Below are positions 32,506 through 44,100 of a DNA stretch of 64,000 bases, in pieces. The notes under the pieces were generated by a model. That model saw only the letters and a program-made list of their open reading frames with translations. It was not told the origin of the DNA and did no database searches. How positions within the stretch are numbered: the stretch's first letter is position 1; each line of letters begins with the position of its first letter. This DNA is from an uncultured Actinomycetes bacterium (lineage in GTDB: Bacteria; Actinomycetota; Acidimicrobiia; IMCC26256; PALSA-610). A program made the translations under genes and the position numbers. The stretch lies in assembly GCA_963782465.1 (NCBI GenBank), contig CAWAJR010000007.1:347016-411015 (forward strand). Direction: 5' to 3'.

Positions 32506-34664
32506 TTGAAGACCGCTCGGTTCTTGTTCCGGTTCACCGCAATCGTGGTGATTGGCGCGCTCGCGCTCGGTGGTTGCTTCGCGCTCATCGCCCCCGCCGC
32601 GCGCCAGGTGATCTTCGGTACGACGGCGTACGGATCGATCCTGCCCAAGCTCAGCCGCCCGGCCGAGCGCTCGATCGTCTACGACACGTACGGCAACCCG
32701 ATCGACACGCTCTACGACCAGGACCGCGAGTCGATCGCGTTCAAGGACATACCGAAAACGCTGATCGACGCGGTGCTCTCCATCGAGGACCACGGCTTCT
32801 ACCAGCACGGCGGTGTCGACGCGAAGGCGACGATGCGCGCCCTCATCGAGAACGTCGGCTCCGGTCACGTGCAGCAGGGTGGCTCGACCATCACCCAGCA
32901 GCTGGTGAAGAACACCCTCATCAAGCACCCCAAGCGCGACCTGCAGCGCAAGATCCAGGAAGCGTTCCTCGCGACGCGGCTCGAGAAGGAGCTGACGAAG
33001 AACCAGATCCTCGGGCGCTACCTCAACGTGATCTACCTGGGTGACGGTGCCTACGGGGTGCGTTCCGCGGCGGAGCGCTACTTCGGCGTCGAGCCGAAGA
33101 AGCTCACGCTGGCCGACTGCGCCATGATCGCCGGGCTGATCCAGTCGCCGGAAGAACTCAACCCGATCACCCACCCGCGCGCGGCCCGGATCCGGCGCGC
33201 GACCGTCCTCGACGAGATGGTGAAGTACGGGAAGATCACGGAAGGTGCGGCGGCGTTCGCGAAGCGGCAACCGTTGCCGACCAAGACGCACAACAACAAC
33301 CCGACCGGCAACCCCGACAACGGTTACTACCTGTCGTGGGTGATCAACCATGTGCTCCTGCAGGACGACCCGACGGTGAAAGGCGACGTCGGTGAAGTGC
33401 TGAAGGACGCCTACGACTCGCCGTACAACGCGGTCTTCCAGGGTGGGCTGAAGATCTACACGACCTTCGACCCGTTCATGCAGAACCGCGCCCTCCAGGC
33501 GGTGCGAAGCAATCTGCCGGAGTCCGACTTCGCCGCCGCCATGATCGCGATGGACAACTCGAACGGCGCCGTCGTCGCAATGGTCGGCGGCCCGAACTTC
33601 GACACCGCGAAGTTCAACCTTGCGACGCAAGGGCTGCGCCAGACCGGTTCGACTTTCAAGGCGATCACGCTGGCGACGGCGCTCGAAGCCGGGTACTCGC
33701 CGAACGACATCGTCAACGGCACCCCGCCGTTCGTCTACCCGATCCCCGGCAGTGCGCCCCTCGACATGCGTAGCGACTGCGGCGGCCCCGAGACGCTCAC
33801 CGCCGCCATCGCCCGGTCCGACAACTGCGCGTTCACCCGAACGCTCGTCTCGCTCGGCGCGGCAACGGTGGCTCCGACGGCGCGAAGCGAGTGATCGCGA
33901 TGGCCGGTCGCTTGGGGATCAGCACGAGCACCCTCTACCCGTCGCCGACGTTGACGCTCGGTACGGGAGCGACGTCGGTGTTGCAGATGGTCGGCGCGTA
34001 CTCCGTGTTCCCGAACAACGGCATCCGCCGCCCGCCGATGTTCGTGACCAAGGTCGTCGCGCCCGACGGCAAGGTGCTGTTCCAAGACCCGGGTTCCGGC
34101 ACACCGGTGCTGAGCCCGCAGGTCGCCGAAACGGAAACCCAGATGCTGCGAGGCGTCATCACCGGCGGTACGGGTACGCGGGCGAACATCGGTCGCCCGG
34201 CGGCCGGCAAGACCGGCACCACGACCAACAGCACCGACGCATGGTTCATCGGGTTCACCCCCCAGTACACCGCCGGTTTCTGGATGGGCAACCCGCTGAA
34301 GGAAGCGGCTTCACCGGTACTCGGCGGCATTTTCGGCGGGCAATATCCCGCCGAGATGTGGCACGACTTCATGTCGTCGGCGGTCAGCAACCTGCCCGCG
34401 CTCGACTTCACGCACCCCAACGCGAGCCAGTTCCCGTCCGTGCAGTACATCGACGAGCACGGCCGGAGCCTGCACTTCGTGCTCCCGACAACGACGACGA
34501 CGGCACCGCCGGTCACCACGCCGACGACCGCACCCGCGAAGAAGAAGCCGAACCAGTCGCCGGGCACCACGACGCCGACGACCAAGCCGCCGGCCACGAC
34601 GCCGACCACGAAGAAGCCGCCGAGCACCACCGCTCCCGGCGGCGGCACAGGTGGAGGGCCGTGA
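32506..34664 (+). pseudogene. Class A penicillin-binding protein (PBP1A-type transglycosylase/transpeptidase); frame broken near 33852-33866
   Basis: ORF 32506..33894 has the TM anchor, GT51 motifs EDHGFYQHGGVD and GGSTITQQLVKN, SxxK (GSTFK) and SxN (SDNCAF). ORF 33891..34664 continues with GNGGSDGAKRVIAMAGRLGI (read upstream of its annotated start), KTG (AGKTGTT) and a Pro/Thr-rich tail. Confidence 0.9.
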
Positions 34665-35377
34665 GCAGCACACTCGACGAGTTGTTGCTCGTCCAAGAGC
34701 GCGACGTTGCGCTCGACCGTTTACGTCATCGCCGGGCATCGTTGCCGGAGCGCTCGGAACTCGTAGCACGTGAAGCCGACGTCGCGCGCCTCGAACGCGA
34801 GGCCGGCGAACTGCGACGCGCGCGCGACGAGCAGTTGGCCGAAGAACGGCGCCTCGACGACGAAGCCCGCTCGCTCGAAGCCAAGGCGAAGGAGGTCGAG
34901 CAGCGCCTCTACTCCGGAACGGTGTCGTCGCCGAAGGAATTGCAGGCGATGCAGGCCGACGTCGACATGTTGAAGCGGCATCGCAGCGACATCGAAGACA
35001 GCGAACTCGAGTTCATGGAACAACGGGAACGGCTCGACGGCGAACTCGCCACCGCCGAAGCCGCGCTGGCCGCCTTCCGGGCCGACGTCGCCCGGTTGCG
35101 CGCCGCGATCACCGATGCCGAACGCGAGATCGACGACGAGGCTGCGGTCGAGGACCAAGCCCGCGCCGACCACGCGCAGCGGGTCACGCCGTCGTTGTTG
35201 GCCGACTACGAACGGCGGCGGGCGCAGAACCGCGGCGCCGGTGCGGCCCGGCTCGTCGGCGACACCTGCCAGGCCTGCCATTTGTCGATCCCGTCAACCG
35301 AGGTGGAACGCATCCGGCGTGCCCCCGAGGGTTCCATTGCCTATTGCGACAACTGCGGCGCGATCCTCGTCCCGTGA
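34661..35377 (+). CDS. Coiled-coil / C4 zinc-ribbon protein (COG1579-type)
   Basis: GTG 34661 overlaps the PBP stop (GTGA). Long helical region, then GDTCQACHLSIP..IAYCDNCGAILV. The N-terminal 350 aa of ORF 33620..35377 are out-of-frame readthrough of the PBP gene. Confidence 0.8.
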   Translation: MSSTLDELLLVQERDVALDRLRHRRASLPERSELVAREADVARLEREAGELRRARDEQLAEERRLDDEARSLEAKAKEVEQRLYSGTVSSPKELQAMQADVDMLKRHRSDIEDSELEFMEQRERLDGELATAEAALAAFRADVARLRAAITDAEREIDDEAAVEDQARADHAQRVTPSLLADYERRRAQNRGAGAARLVGDTCQACHLSIPSTEVERIRRAPEGSIAYCDNCGAILVP

Positions 35378-35841
35378 ACGCCGACAATCTCTCGTTGCCG
35401 TTCGAGGGCGACGACGAACGCCTCGATGAGATCGTGGTCTTCGCCGACGGCGGTTCGCGAGGGAACCCGGGCCCGGCGGCGATCGGCGCGGTGGTGCTCG
35501 ACCCGTCGACGGACCCGCCCCGCACGCTCGCCACGGTGAGCGAGGCGATCGGGGTGACGACGAACAACGTGGCCGAGTACGAGGCGCTCATCGCGGGCCT
35601 CGAGGCGGCCGCCCGGTTCCACGCGCGGCGACTGCGGGTGCGGGCCGACTCGTTGCTCGTGATCAACCAACTCCGGGGGCGATGGAAGGTGAAGCACGAC
35701 GGTTTGCGGCCGCTTCACGAACAGGCGCGCTCGCTGCTGCGCAGCTACGAGCACGTCGATCTCGGCCATGTGCCACGCGCGCAGAACAAGGAAGCTGACG
35801 CGCTCGTCAACGCCGCGCTCGACGCGCAAGCCGGGCAATGA
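35374..35841 (+). CDS. rnhA: Ribonuclease H (type 1, actinobacterial/archaeal-like)
   Basis: GTG 35374 overlaps the upstream stop (GTGA). ADGGSRGNPGPAAIGAVV, NNVAEYEALIAGLE, RADSLLVINQLRG and NKEADALVN supply the DEDD pattern. Confidence 0.85.
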   Translation: MNADNLSLPFEGDDERLDEIVVFADGGSRGNPGPAAIGAVVLDPSTDPPRTLATVSEAIGVTTNNVAEYEALIAGLEAAARFHARRLRVRADSLLVINQLRGRWKVKHDGLRPLHEQARSLLRSYEHVDLGHVPRAQNKEADALVNAALDAQAGQ

Positions 35842-36320
35842 TCTTCTGGTACGCCGCGGGTGCGGTGTTCCTCGTATGGAACGTGTTCCAGAGCCCCGGT
35901 CTCGACATGCGATTCGTCGCCGTGGGCGCGATCTTGCCCGTTGCGCTCGATGCGCCGTTCCGCGAGCAGGCGTACGCGCACGCAGTGCTCGCACCGATCC
36001 TCGCGCTGCTCGTCGTGATGTTCGCGACACTCGGGAGGGGCCACCGATTGCTGCGCCGCCGGTTGCTCGGTTTGCCGATCGGTTGGTTCTGCGGGCTGGT
36101 GCTGTCGGGGAGTTGGGCGCGCAAGGAAGTGTTCTGGTGGCCGGTGTTCGGCGCGACCCGTCCGCACGCGGCGCTGCTGCCGCCGCTCGGTGCCGTCGTC
36201 GCCGAGGAGGCGATCGGCATCCTCGTCGCGTTCTGGTGTTACCGCCGGTTCGGTCTCGCGAGCCGGCAGCGCCGCAACGAGCTGTTGCGCACCGGCCGGG
36301 TGCATGTGGTGTCGCAGTGA
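35838..36320 (+). CDS. Integral membrane protein (hypothetical, 4-5 TM)
   Basis: 160-aa ORF. ATGA overlap upstream and GTGA overlap downstream. Hydrophobic helices throughout (AGAVFLVWNVF; LAPILALLVVMFATL; IGWFCGLVLSG; IGILVAFWCY). Confidence 0.7.
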   Translation: MIFWYAAGAVFLVWNVFQSPGLDMRFVAVGAILPVALDAPFREQAYAHAVLAPILALLVVMFATLGRGHRLLRRRLLGLPIGWFCGLVLSGSWARKEVFWWPVFGATRPHAALLPPLGAVVAEEAIGILVAFWCYRRFGLASRQRRNELLRTGRVHVVSQ

Positions 36321-36913
36321 TCGCGTTCGTGCGCCACGGTCAGACGGCCGCGAACCGCGCCGGGCTCTTCCAGGGACGCGTCAATACGCCGCTCACCCCG
36401 CTCGGGCGCGACCAAGCCGGCAAGGTCGCGCAATTGCTGGCCGCGTCGGACGCGCCGGTGCGGGTCTTCAGCAGCCCACTCGACCGCGCCCGAACGACGG
36501 CCGAGGCGATCGCGTCGGCGACCGGGGTCGGGGTGGAAGTCGACGATCGGTTGGTCGAGGTCGACTACGGCGAATGGGACGAGCTCGCGCTCGGCGACGT
36601 TCCCGTCGACGCGTGGCGGCACTGGCGCGACACGCCGTCGTTCGCGCCGCCCGGTGGCGAAAGCCTCGAGGCGGTGACCGAACGGGTCGTCGACTTCTGC
36701 ACCGCGCGTGAACACGAATGGCGCAACGACCTGATCGTCGCGGTGAGCCATGTGTCGCCGATCAAGGCGGCCGTGTGCTGGGCGCTCGGGGTCGGCACGC
36801 CGGTGAGCTGGCGGATGCAACTCGGGTTGGCTTCGATCACGCGCATCGCCGCCGGTCGCGACGGCGGCCCGGCGCTCTTCTCGTTCAACGAGACGGCGCA
36901 CCTGACGCAGTAA
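36317..36913 (+). CDS. Histidine phosphatase family protein (CobC / phosphoglycerate mutase-like)
   Basis: GTG 36317. IAFVRHGQTAANRAGLFQGR (RHG motif), SSPLDRARTTAE, VAVSHVSPIK. Confidence 0.85.
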   Translation: MIAFVRHGQTAANRAGLFQGRVNTPLTPLGRDQAGKVAQLLAASDAPVRVFSSPLDRARTTAEAIASATGVGVEVDDRLVEVDYGEWDELALGDVPVDAWRHWRDTPSFAPPGGESLEAVTERVVDFCTAREHEWRNDLIVAVSHVSPIKAAVCWALGVGTPVSWRMQLGLASITRIAAGRDGGPALFSFNETAHLTQ

Positions 36914-37958
36914 CCGGGATCGTGCGCCGGGCCGGCATCGCGTGACCGCCCGCGGCGTCGACGATGAAGCGGCCTTCGCCGGGCCCCTCGGCCACGGGCA
37001 TGCCGAGGGCCTCGAGGAGCGCGTGGTCTTCGTCGGCGGTACGACCGGCCGTGGTGAGGTAGTTCCCGATGATGAGCGCGTTCGCGCCGGCGAGCAGGCC
37101 GAGCGCCTGCAGTTCGCCGAGCACCCGCTCGCGCCCGCCGGCGAGGCGGAGCCAGGCGCCCGGCAGGATCAGGCGGAACAGCGCGATCGCCTGCAACGCC
37201 TCGCGCGGTGAGAGCACGGTCTGGTCGGCGAGCGGCGTGCCGGGCCGCGGGTCGAGCAGGTTGATCGGGACTTCGCACGGGTTCAGCGCCGCGAGTTCGA
37301 ACGCGAAGTCGACGCGCTGTTCGAGAGTCTCGCCCATCCCGAGAATGCCGCCGCAGCACAATTCCATGCCGGCGTCGATCGCGAGGCGCGCCGTGGCGAC
37401 CCGGTCGTCGTAACTGTGTGTCGTGCACACCTGGGGGAACAGCTCACGGCACGACTCGAGGTTGTGGTTGTAGCGCCGTACCCCCGCGCTCGCGAGCCGT
37501 TCCGCTTGCTCCGGTTCGAGCAATCCGAGCGAGCACGCGACTTCGAGGCCGGTTTCGCGATGCACCGCGTCGACCGCTTCGATCACCCGGCGCAGCAGGC
37601 GCTCCTCGGGGCCTCGTACGGCGACGACGATGCAGAACTGCGTCGCGCCCGCGGCGCGTGTCGCGTGCGCGGCTTGCACGATCTCGTCGACGTCGAGGAA
37701 GGCATAGACGTCGACGCCGGAGTCGAACCGCACCGACTGGGAGCAGAACGCGCAGTCTTCGGGGCACGCACCCGACTTCGCGTTGATCAGGCTCTCGAGC
37801 TCGACCTCGGGCCCGCACCACGCGAGCCGCACGCGGTGCGCCAGCGCGACGAGCGACGGCAGTTCGTCGAGCGGCAGCGCGGCGACGGCGAGGGCTTCGG
37901 CGCGAGTGAGCGGCCGGCGCTCGGTGAGCAGGGCGTGTTCGGCGGCAGCAAGGGGCAT
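36885..37958 (-). CDS. bioB: Biotin synthase
   Basis: Radical-SAM CPEDCAFCSQS, YNHNLESC, CCGGILGMGET, NLLDPRPGTPL. Its 3' end overlaps the convergent phosphatase gene by 29 nt. Confidence 0.93.
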   Translation of the reverse strand: MPLAAAEHALLTERRPLTRAEALAVAALPLDELPSLVALAHRVRLAWCGPEVELESLINAKSGACPEDCAFCSQSVRFDSGVDVYAFLDVDEIVQAAHATRAAGATQFCIVVAVRGPEERLLRRVIEAVDAVHRETGLEVACSLGLLEPEQAERLASAGVRRYNHNLESCRELFPQVCTTHSYDDRVATARLAIDAGMELCCGGILGMGETLEQRVDFAFELAALNPCEVPINLLDPRPGTPLADQTVLSPREALQAIALFRLILPGAWLRLAGGRERVLGELQALGLLAGANALIIGNYLTTAGRTADEDHALLEALGMPVAEGPGEGRFIVDAAGGHAMPARRTIPVTASGAPSR

Positions 37959-38003
37959 GCGCAGGAGGGTAACGAACGCGGCCGGCGGCCGATGGAAACG
38001 CCG

Positions 38004-38765
38004 CTACACGGGCTGCGGCACGGGTTCGGGCGCCGGGCGCGATTGGCGCCGCTGCTGGCGCAACGCCCGGCGCAACACGATCGGCCAGCCGATCACCGCG
38101 ATCGACGCGAACGAGAACCACTGGATCGCGTACGACATGTGGTTCACGTCGGTGACCTTCGCCGGCTTCGGCAGTTGGGGAGTGTCGTGCACGGGCGCAG
38201 GGTCCTGGTACTGGGCGATGACATAGGCCGGGAGCAACTGCAGGCCCGTCTTGCCGGCGATGAAGCCGATGTCGGCTCGCGGCACCGACGGCACGCCGTG
38301 CTCGGGCTGTTCGTTCTCGCCGGCCTGGAGCGCGGCCGCCGGGCCGAGTGGGCCGCGCACCGTGACGGTGCCCGTCGGCGGGTTGGTCTCGTGCCAGCCG
38401 CCGAGCACGCTGTCGAGGGTGACCCAGCCCCGGTCGACGAGGACCGACGCGCCGGTCGAGAGCCGTAACGGGGTGAGCACGTCGAAGCCGTTTGCGCTCC
38501 CGCGCACCTGGTTGCGCAGGAGGTAGTCGTGCGCGAAGTCGTAGGTGCCGGTGGCGCTGACCCGACCGTTCGCCCGGGCGACTGCGGCCGCGTTCACGCC
38601 GGTCACGTCGGCGGCCGGCGCGGCAAATGCGGCTTTCTCCTCCGCGAGCTTGTGGTTGAACTCGTTGTTGCGGGCAAGCTGCCAGAAACCGGCCGCGACG
38701 AACAGGCTGGTGAGCACCAGGGCCAGCAGATGGCCGGCGATCCACCTCGGTCGCAGCAGCAGCAT
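38004..38765 (-). CDS. SURF1 family cytochrome oxidase assembly protein
   Basis: N-terminal TM + GFWQLARNNEF, VLVDRGWV, and C-terminal NHMSYAIQWFSFASIAVIGW. Confidence 0.88.
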   Translation of the reverse strand: MLLLRPRWIAGHLLALVLTSLFVAAGFWQLARNNEFNHKLAEEKAAFAAPAADVTGVNAAAVARANGRVSATGTYDFAHDYLLRNQVRGSANGFDVLTPLRLSTGASVLVDRGWVTLDSVLGGWHETNPPTGTVTVRGPLGPAAALQAGENEQPEHGVPSVPRADIGFIAGKTGLQLLPAYVIAQYQDPAPVHDTPQLPKPAKVTDVNHMSYAIQWFSFASIAVIGWPIVLRRALRQQRRQSRPAPEPVPQPV

Positions 38766-38863
38766 CGGCGATGAAGGTACCGACCCCGCGCTCCGAACCT
38801 CCGGTCAGGTACCCCGATCGGTCTCGGGGCCAAGTGATATAACCTTTACGTGCACGTCAACCG

Positions 38864-40648
38864 ATGCCAACTCCGCCGCCCGTGACGGCCGCCGCCGGCG
38901 ATCGGTACAAGTGGGTGGCGCTGTCGAACACGACGCTCGGGGTGTTCATGGCGTCGCTCGACTCGTCGATCGTGCTGATCTCGCTGCCCGCGATCTTCCG
39001 CGGTATCCGGCTCGACCCGCTCGAGCCCGCGAACGTCGGTTACCTGCTGTGGATGTTGATGGGGTACCTCGTCGTCACCGCGGTACTCGTCGTCACCTTC
39101 GGGCGCCTGGGCGACATGTTCGGCCGGGTCCGCATGTACAACGCCGGCTTCGCGGTGTTCAGCGCGGCCTCGCTGGCGCTCTCGCTGTGCCCGTGGCACG
39201 GTTCGAGCGGCGCGCTGTGGCTGATCGTCTGGCGCATCGTGCAAGGCATCGGCGGAGCGTTGCTGACGGCGAACTCGGCCGCGATCCTCACCGACGCGTT
39301 CCCGGCGACACAACGTGGGTTCGCGATCGGTGTGAGCGTGATCGCCGGTATGGCCGGCGCGTTCATCGGTCTCGTCGTCGGCGGTGTGCTCGCCGACGTC
39401 GACTGGCGCGCGGTGTTCTGGGTCAACGTCCCGATCGGCATGTTCGGCACGGTGTGGGCCTACCTCAAGCTGCGTGAGGTCGGTATCCAGAAGCGGTCGC
39501 ACATCGACTGGTGGGGCAACCTCACCTTCGGTACGGGCCTCGTCATGATCCTGATCGGGCTCACCTACGGGTTGCTGCCGCACGGGCACCGCACGATGGG
39601 TTGGACCGGCCCCTGGGTGTTGTTCGAACTTGTCGGGGGCGCCGCGATCCTCGGCTTGTTCGGTTTCATCGAGACGCGCGTCGCGGAGCCGATGTTCCGG
39701 CTCGACCTGTTCCGCATCCGCGCGTTCCTGATGGGCAATGTCGCGGGGTTGCTGTCGTCGATCGGCCGGGGCGGGATGCAGTTCATCCTGATCATCTGGC
39801 TGCAGGGCATTTGGCTCCCGCTGCACGGTTACAGCTTCGAACGCACACCGTTGTGGGCCGGGATCTACATGCTCCCGCTCACCGGTGGGTTCCTGCTCGC
39901 CGGGCCGGTGGCCGGTTGGCTGTCCGACCGGCACGGCGCGCGCCCGTTCGCGACGGGCGGCATGGCGGTGGCCGCGGCGAGCTTCGGCCTGTTGATGTTG
40001 TTGCCGGCCGACTTCTCGTTCCCGATCTTCGCGTTGCTGTTGCTGATGAACGGCATCGGCATGGGCCTGTTCGCGGCGCCGAACATGACCGGGATCATGA
40101 ACAGTGTCCCTCCCGAGACGCGTGGCGCGGCGTCGGGGATGCGGGCGACGTTCCAGAACAGCGGGATGGTGCTGTCGGTCGGCGTGTTCTTCTCGCTGTT
40201 GATCGTCGGGCTCGCCGCGACGTTGCCGCATTCCATGTCGAGCGCGCTGCAGGCGAACGGCGTTCCCGCGGCGAAGGCTCACGCGGTCGCGTCGCTCCCG
40301 CCGGTCGGCAGCCTCTTCGCCGCGTTCCTCGGCTACAACCCGATGCAGAAACTGCTCGGCAGCGCGTCGCAGGCCGGCGTGACGAACGCGCAGTGGGCGA
40401 AGATCACCGGGAAGTCGTTCTTCCCGCACCTGATCGCGAACCCGTTCATGAACGGCCTTCGTATCGCGTTCGCCGCGTCGTTGATCATGTGCCTCATCGC
40501 GGGTGCGGCATCGTGGCTGCGCGGTGGGAAGTACGTCGCGGCGGGCGCCGAAGACGGCAGTTCGCCCGTCGGGCCGTTCGGCGCGCCCATCGAACCGGGC
40601 GCGCGTGGCGACGAGGCTCCGGAGCCGGAAGAATGGGTCCCGGCATGA
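38864..40648 (+). CDS. MFS transporter, DHA2 (EmrB/QacA, 14-TM) type
   Basis: 594-aa ORF. WVALSNTTLGVFMASLDSSIVLISLPAI, FGRLGDMFGRVRMY, and 14 hydrophobic segments. Confidence 0.9.
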   Translation: MPTPPPVTAAAGDRYKWVALSNTTLGVFMASLDSSIVLISLPAIFRGIRLDPLEPANVGYLLWMLMGYLVVTAVLVVTFGRLGDMFGRVRMYNAGFAVFSAASLALSLCPWHGSSGALWLIVWRIVQGIGGALLTANSAAILTDAFPATQRGFAIGVSVIAGMAGAFIGLVVGGVLADVDWRAVFWVNVPIGMFGTVWAYLKLREVGIQKRSHIDWWGNLTFGTGLVMILIGLTYGLLPHGHRTMGWTGPWVLFELVGGAAILGLFGFIETRVAEPMFRLDLFRIRAFLMGNVAGLLSSIGRGGMQFILIIWLQGIWLPLHGYSFERTPLWAGIYMLPLTGGFLLAGPVAGWLSDRHGARPFATGGMAVAAASFGLLMLLPADFSFPIFALLLLMNGIGMGLFAAPNMTGIMNSVPPETRGAASGMRATFQNSGMVLSVGVFFSLLIVGLAATLPHSMSSALQANGVPAAKAHAVASLPPVGSLFAAFLGYNPMQKLLGSASQAGVTNAQWAKITGKSFFPHLIANPFMNGLRIAFAASLIMCLIAGAASWLRGGKYVAAGAEDGSSPVGPFGAPIEPGARGDEAPEPEEWVPA

Positions 40649-41127
40649 GCGGGAACGTGACCGAGCGCGCGGGCGACGGCGAAGCGGCGCCCTTGCTGGC
40701 GATCGGTGCGGTCGCCCGGCGGGCCGGGGTCACGACCCGCACGTTGCGCTACTACCAGGAAATCGGGTTGTTGCAGCCATCGGGCGTGACGACGCGCGGC
40801 AACCGGCTCTATTCCGATCCCGACATCGAACGGCTGCAACGCATCCTCGAACTGCGCGACGTCATGGGCTTCGACCTCGAACGTATCCGGCTCGTCCTCG
40901 AGACGGAAGATCGTCTGGCGCAGATGCGGGCCGAGGCCGCCCGTGGCATTTCCAACGAGCGCCGCCGGGAGATGGTGCACGAAGCGATCGACCTCAACGC
41001 GCGCCTGCAACGCGAGGTGAACGAGAAGGTCGGTCTCCTGCAGGGCTTCCTCGCCGAACTGCAGATGCGGGCGAGCCACTACCACGACATCGTCGAAGAA
41101 CTCGACGGCGAGCGCGCGCGGCGCTGA
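40645..41127 (+). CDS. MerR family transcriptional regulator
   Basis: ATG 40645 overlaps the MFS stop (ATGA). HTH IGAVARRAGVTTRTLRYYQEIGLL, then a coiled-coil tail. Confidence 0.88.
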   Translation: MSGNVTERAGDGEAAPLLAIGAVARRAGVTTRTLRYYQEIGLLQPSGVTTRGNRLYSDPDIERLQRILELRDVMGFDLERIRLVLETEDRLAQMRAEAARGISNERRREMVHEAIDLNARLQREVNEKVGLLQGFLAELQMRASHYHDIVEELDGERARR

Positions 41128-41130
41128 GCG

Positions 41131-41871
41131 GTGAGCGACGACTCGCCGTCGGGCCACACGTACCTCGACTTCAACGCGCCGCTCTCCGACGAGCATGCAC
41201 GCGAACTCGTGCAGTCGCTCCAACCGGTCGCCGGTGCGTGCGTGGTCGACTTCGGGTGTGGTTGGGCCGAGCTGCTGCTTCGCGTGCTGGCGGTCGAACC
41301 GGCAGCGCGCGCGATCGGTATCGACGTCGACGCCGCGGCCATTGCCCGGGGCCGCGCCAACGCACGCGCGCGCGGTTTACACGATCGAGTACAACTCGAA
41401 GAAGCCGACCTTGCATCGTGGGCGGGCGAAATGGCCGACGTCGCGATCGCGATCGGCGTCAGCCACGCGTGGAACGGTGCGGGCGCCGCGCTCGACGCAC
41501 TGAAGGCGCGCGTGAAGCCGGGCGGTCGTCTGCTGTACGGCGACGGGATCTGGGAGCAGCCGCCGACGGCGGGCGCGCTGGCGGCGCTCGAAGCCGCGCC
41601 CGGCGACTTCGGCACCCTCGCCGACCTCGTCGACCTCGCGATCGAGCGCGGCTTCCGTGTTCTGTCGGTGTCGGTGGCGAGCCTCGCGGAGTGGGACAGC
41701 TTCGAATCGCGTTGGTGCGCGGGACGGGAACGCTGGCTGCTCGAGCATCCCGACGCGCCCGACGCCGGCGCCGTACGCGCCTTCGTCGACGACCACCGCG
41801 ATGGTTGGTTGCGGGGTTACCGCAAGATCCTCGGTTTCGCGTACCTCACGCTGGCGACTGGCGAGCGTTAG
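41131..41871 (+). CDS. Class I SAM-dependent methyltransferase
   Basis: 246 aa. Motif I VVDFGCGWAELLL; post-I GIDVD; LLYGDGIW. Confidence 0.8.
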   Translation: MSDDSPSGHTYLDFNAPLSDEHARELVQSLQPVAGACVVDFGCGWAELLLRVLAVEPAARAIGIDVDAAAIARGRANARARGLHDRVQLEEADLASWAGEMADVAIAIGVSHAWNGAGAALDALKARVKPGGRLLYGDGIWEQPPTAGALAALEAAPGDFGTLADLVDLAIERGFRVLSVSVASLAEWDSFESRWCAGRERWLLEHPDAPDAGAVRAFVDDHRDGWLRGYRKILGFAYLTLATGER

Positions 41872-42440
41872 CAATTCCAGCGTTCGACGACGGGCGCTTC
41901 GCGTTCCCAGCCGAGGACGCCGATCGTCGCGGGGGAGAGGGCGAAGCGGCTGCCGCCGTCGGGTTCGAGCGCGACCCAACGGGCGGCGAGCACCCGCAGG
42001 AAGTGACCGTGCGAGAACACGAGGCCGTCGCCCCCGGCGGCCCGCAACCGTGCGATGACGAGGTCGGCGCGGGCGCCGACCTCGGCCACGGTCTCGCCTC
42101 CCGGCACACCTTCGTGCCAGAGCGACCACCCCGGCACCTTCTCGCGGATCTCGGCGGTGGTGCGGCCTTCGTAGTCGCCGTAGTCCCATTCGACGGCGTC
42201 GTCGGTGTACGTCGCGACGTCGCCGAAACCGGCGAGCCGGCACGTGTCGCGGGCTCGCTGCAACGGGCTGCTGAGCACGAGCGCGAAGGCATGTCGGGCC
42301 AGGCGGGGCGCGATGGCCTGCGCCTCGGCGACGCCGCCGTCGGTGAGGGGAACGTCGGTGGTGCCGGTATGCCGGCCCGACGCCGACCATTCGGTTTCGC
42401 CGTGCCGTACGACCCAGACCTGGTTGCGCTCGGGGGCCAT
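41868..42440 (-). CDS. Histidine phosphatase family protein
   Basis: VWVVRHGETEWSASGRHTG..SSPLQRARDT..VFSHGHFLR. Confidence 0.88.
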   Translation of the reverse strand: MAPERNQVWVVRHGETEWSASGRHTGTTDVPLTDGGVAEAQAIAPRLARHAFALVLSSPLQRARDTCRLAGFGDVATYTDDAVEWDYGDYEGRTTAEIREKVPGWSLWHEGVPGGETVAEVGARADLVIARLRAAGGDGLVFSHGHFLRVLAARWVALEPDGGSRFALSPATIGVLGWEREAPVVERWNC

Positions 42441-42444
42441 GCGT

Positions 42445-44079
<1,635 letters not shown>

Positions 44080-44100
44080 CTGCTCCGCACGATTACGGCG

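Noticed and set aside
33850-33895. The frameshifts as programmed ribosomal frameshifting or recoding sites.
   Set aside because: There is no slippery heptamer or shared motif at the seven junctions. They occur in unrelated genes with no known recoding, inside G/C runs typical of indel errors.
34480-34660. Repetitive Pro/Thr/Lys-rich coding sequence at the PBP 3' end (TTPTTKPPATTPTTKKPP) as a DNA repeat element.
   Set aside because: It is a low-complexity linker or tail of the kind common in actinobacterial PBPs and surface proteins. It is not a discrete nucleotide repeat family.
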